A stretch of DNA of 64,000 nt from assembly GCA_043228905.1 (NCBI GenBank), contig JBHGNT010000001.1, positions 11,346,001-11,410,000 on the forward strand, read 5' to 3'. Shown in pieces: positions 62,217-64,000 of this stretch. A program made the position numbers and the translations under genes. How positions within the stretch are numbered: position 1 is the first letter of the stretch; each line of letters starts with the position of its first letter. Under the pieces are notes generated by a model. The model saw only the letters and a program-made list of their open reading frames with translations, was not told where the DNA came from and did not search any database. This stretch comes from Azolla caroliniana. Lineage: Eukaryota > Plantae > Polypodiophyta.

Positions 62217-64000
62217 TGTTACCTATACGGAACATTGCCTATCTTCAGTCCTTCAAGATAGACCTCAAGGGGATTTTGTAGCAAGGTATGCCATTACACG
62301 AGGCATGAGCCGTACTCCGTTGGTTGCATAATAATGCATATCTATGGGTGAAGGTTCACGGCTACGACCGAGAACTTGAGTGCGCTTCTACGTTGACTCT
62401 TACCCTACGCTTTTAGAGATGCACTTACGAATAGTACAGAGTTTACACAAGACAACAGGGTTGCACAGACACAGAAAATCAGAGAAGATAAGATTCTATT
62501 AGAAAAGAAAACCTCACACTTAAAAATTACACGCTACCTCTTTCAGAGGATTTCTGCCCTTTATATACACATGGCGTTCAGCCGTTCACGCTTCCTGCGT
62601 GAACTGTAACATTTATTTTCTTAACGCTTCTAATCTATTTACGCATTCTGCCCGGCGGTTACAATTCCGGCGGACAACACGTGGCACGCCTGTGGGACAA
62701 TTCCATGGCACGTCGGACCCATCCCTCTATTCATCCTCCAAGATGTCCAGGATGTTCGGCTCCGCTCGCACGTTCTAGTCCGGAGATGGCGTAATGTCCG
62801 TCGGTGCTTCGTTGCTCTGTTGCGCGTCCTGTCCCTGCTCGGCCGTCGTGGGGGTTTCTATGTTGTCCATTTCTCCCTCCATGGTCGGACCCGGCTTTGC
62901 TGGCTTGCTCTTGTCTATTGCGGCTGGCACTTCCGTCTGTGGGCAAGCGGTTGACTGAGGCTCTATCAGGTCTGTATCGTTCTCCATGTTGCTTGGCATA
63001 ATTGTTATTTCTGGTGAGTTGGGCTGAGGTTCCCCGTGCTCAGTGGAATCGATATCTGGTACTGTAGTAGGCTCCATATGTTGCTGCTCGCTCCTAATCT
63101 CCATTAGTCGGCTGAAAATATCCTCATGACTTTCCCCGAAGTCGTCTAACAGTTATGCGAGTTCCTCGGGGAGTTGGTCTGCTAGCGTGCGATAATCCTT
63201 TGTTACTGCCGCAATGCCTTCCTCATTGAGTTTGTAGAAACCTAGGCCTTCTTTCCTTCGGTTCTCCCAGTCCGCCTAGTAGGTATGCAACTCCGCCGCT
63301 TGTGTTGCCCACGCCATCCAACCTTTGTCTAGCACCGTTTTTAATTGCGCCGTAAACCTCTCCCGATTTGTTTGAAGAAGTATGCGTACGTTATTTGTTA
63401 TCACTTGGGAGCAGTTTTGCGCTTCTTCCAGGGTTTTTTTGAGGTTTTCAATTTCTCGCTTATTAACCGCAGTCGCTTCCTCATAATGGTTTTTCATCTC
63501 TGCCCATATCTGGGATTCTTTCAAGTGTAATTCCTCTAGCCGGCCCATTTCATTGTTCAGGCAGACTTCTACCTGATGCATCACATCCCGTTCCCATACG
63601 AGATGCTCATCCTACCACGCTTTCTTCTTTTCCAATAACTCCCGGAGTTCTGAGATCGCCGCTTCCGACTTTTGGGCTTCCTCCCGTAGCTTGTTGTTTT
63701 CTTCTTTCGTGATGGTGTGTGTTGTTGCCTCCGCTTCGAGTTTCTCTTCGAGTGCCTTCACTGCCCTTCGGCCTTTGGCCCGGATGTCCGTTTTTGTCGG
63801 AGGATTGGCAGAGTTCGGCGCGGAGGCGGTCAATCTCGGACTCTGCAAGCTGCGTAGCCCTTTTTGCTTTAGCAGCAATGGCCTTTTGTGCTGCATTCTC
63901 CTCTTGTAGGGTTATCGATGTATCTTCACCTGATGCTAGTTCGGGCTTTTGCGGTGCGATAGTGATGTTGTGTTCTAGCTCCGTAATACGCTCTTGGGCC
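62217..64000 (-). mobile_element. Element J: probable LTR-element 3' end with an accessory ORF; runs off the window
   Basis: A RT breaks at TGTTACC (62217); minus-strand TATA (GTATATAAAGGG) at ~62557-62568; block shared with I at ~62678-62699. Confidence 0.7.
62727..64000 (-). pseudogene. Unknown coiled-coil accessory ORF of J
   Basis: ORFs 63612-63896, 63276-63584 and 62775-63104 share one frame; WMAWATQAAELHTY*ADWENRRKEG; ends EPNILDILEDE*. Confidence 0.72.

Noticed and set aside
62217-62611. Short 395-bp LTR bounded by TGTTAC...GTAACA
   Set aside because: It would leave only ~45 bp of U3, excludes the block conserved with I, and has no convincing PPT; cannot be settled without the second LTR.
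62727-64000. env-like gene
   Set aside because: No transmembrane segment, signal peptide or cleavage motif is visible in the available part.

Overview
Eukaryotic plant DNA, probably a non-seed land plant (inferred from Tcn1-like chromoviruses, fungal-like Gypsy elements, a Sola2 transposon, a PLS-type PPR fragment and TTTAGGG repeats). The window contains no intact host gene. It is one nested transposon stack, resolved by matching target-site duplications (TSDs). The outermost Gypsy element A (tRNA-Trp PBS) is split by chromovirus B (1053-45193, TSD GATGT), Copia K (46875-61174, TSD AGTCT) and element J (62217-end). B contains a same-family copy C (3359-28978, TSD GCTAC) and chromovirus H (30157-43012, TSD GCTTG). 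C contains Copia D, Copia E (which holds solo LTR F) and a Sola2 DNA transposon. H contains Gypsy G, which holds fragment I. K contains a hAT element and Copia M. Most ORFs are decayed. The most unusual signals are: (1) antisense tRNA-like A/B-box cassettes in the U3 of all Gypsy LTR types whose U3 is visible; (2) a Sola2 transposon with a convergent second gene (RING-like finger plus FCP1-like pseudo-phosphatase) and introns filled with a 14-bp palindrome array that also sits at its ends; (3) a conserved unknown coiled-coil ORF at the 3' end of two related elements; (4) self-priming and -1 frameshift structures. All coordinates were read by eye and family names were assigned from motifs, not database searches.
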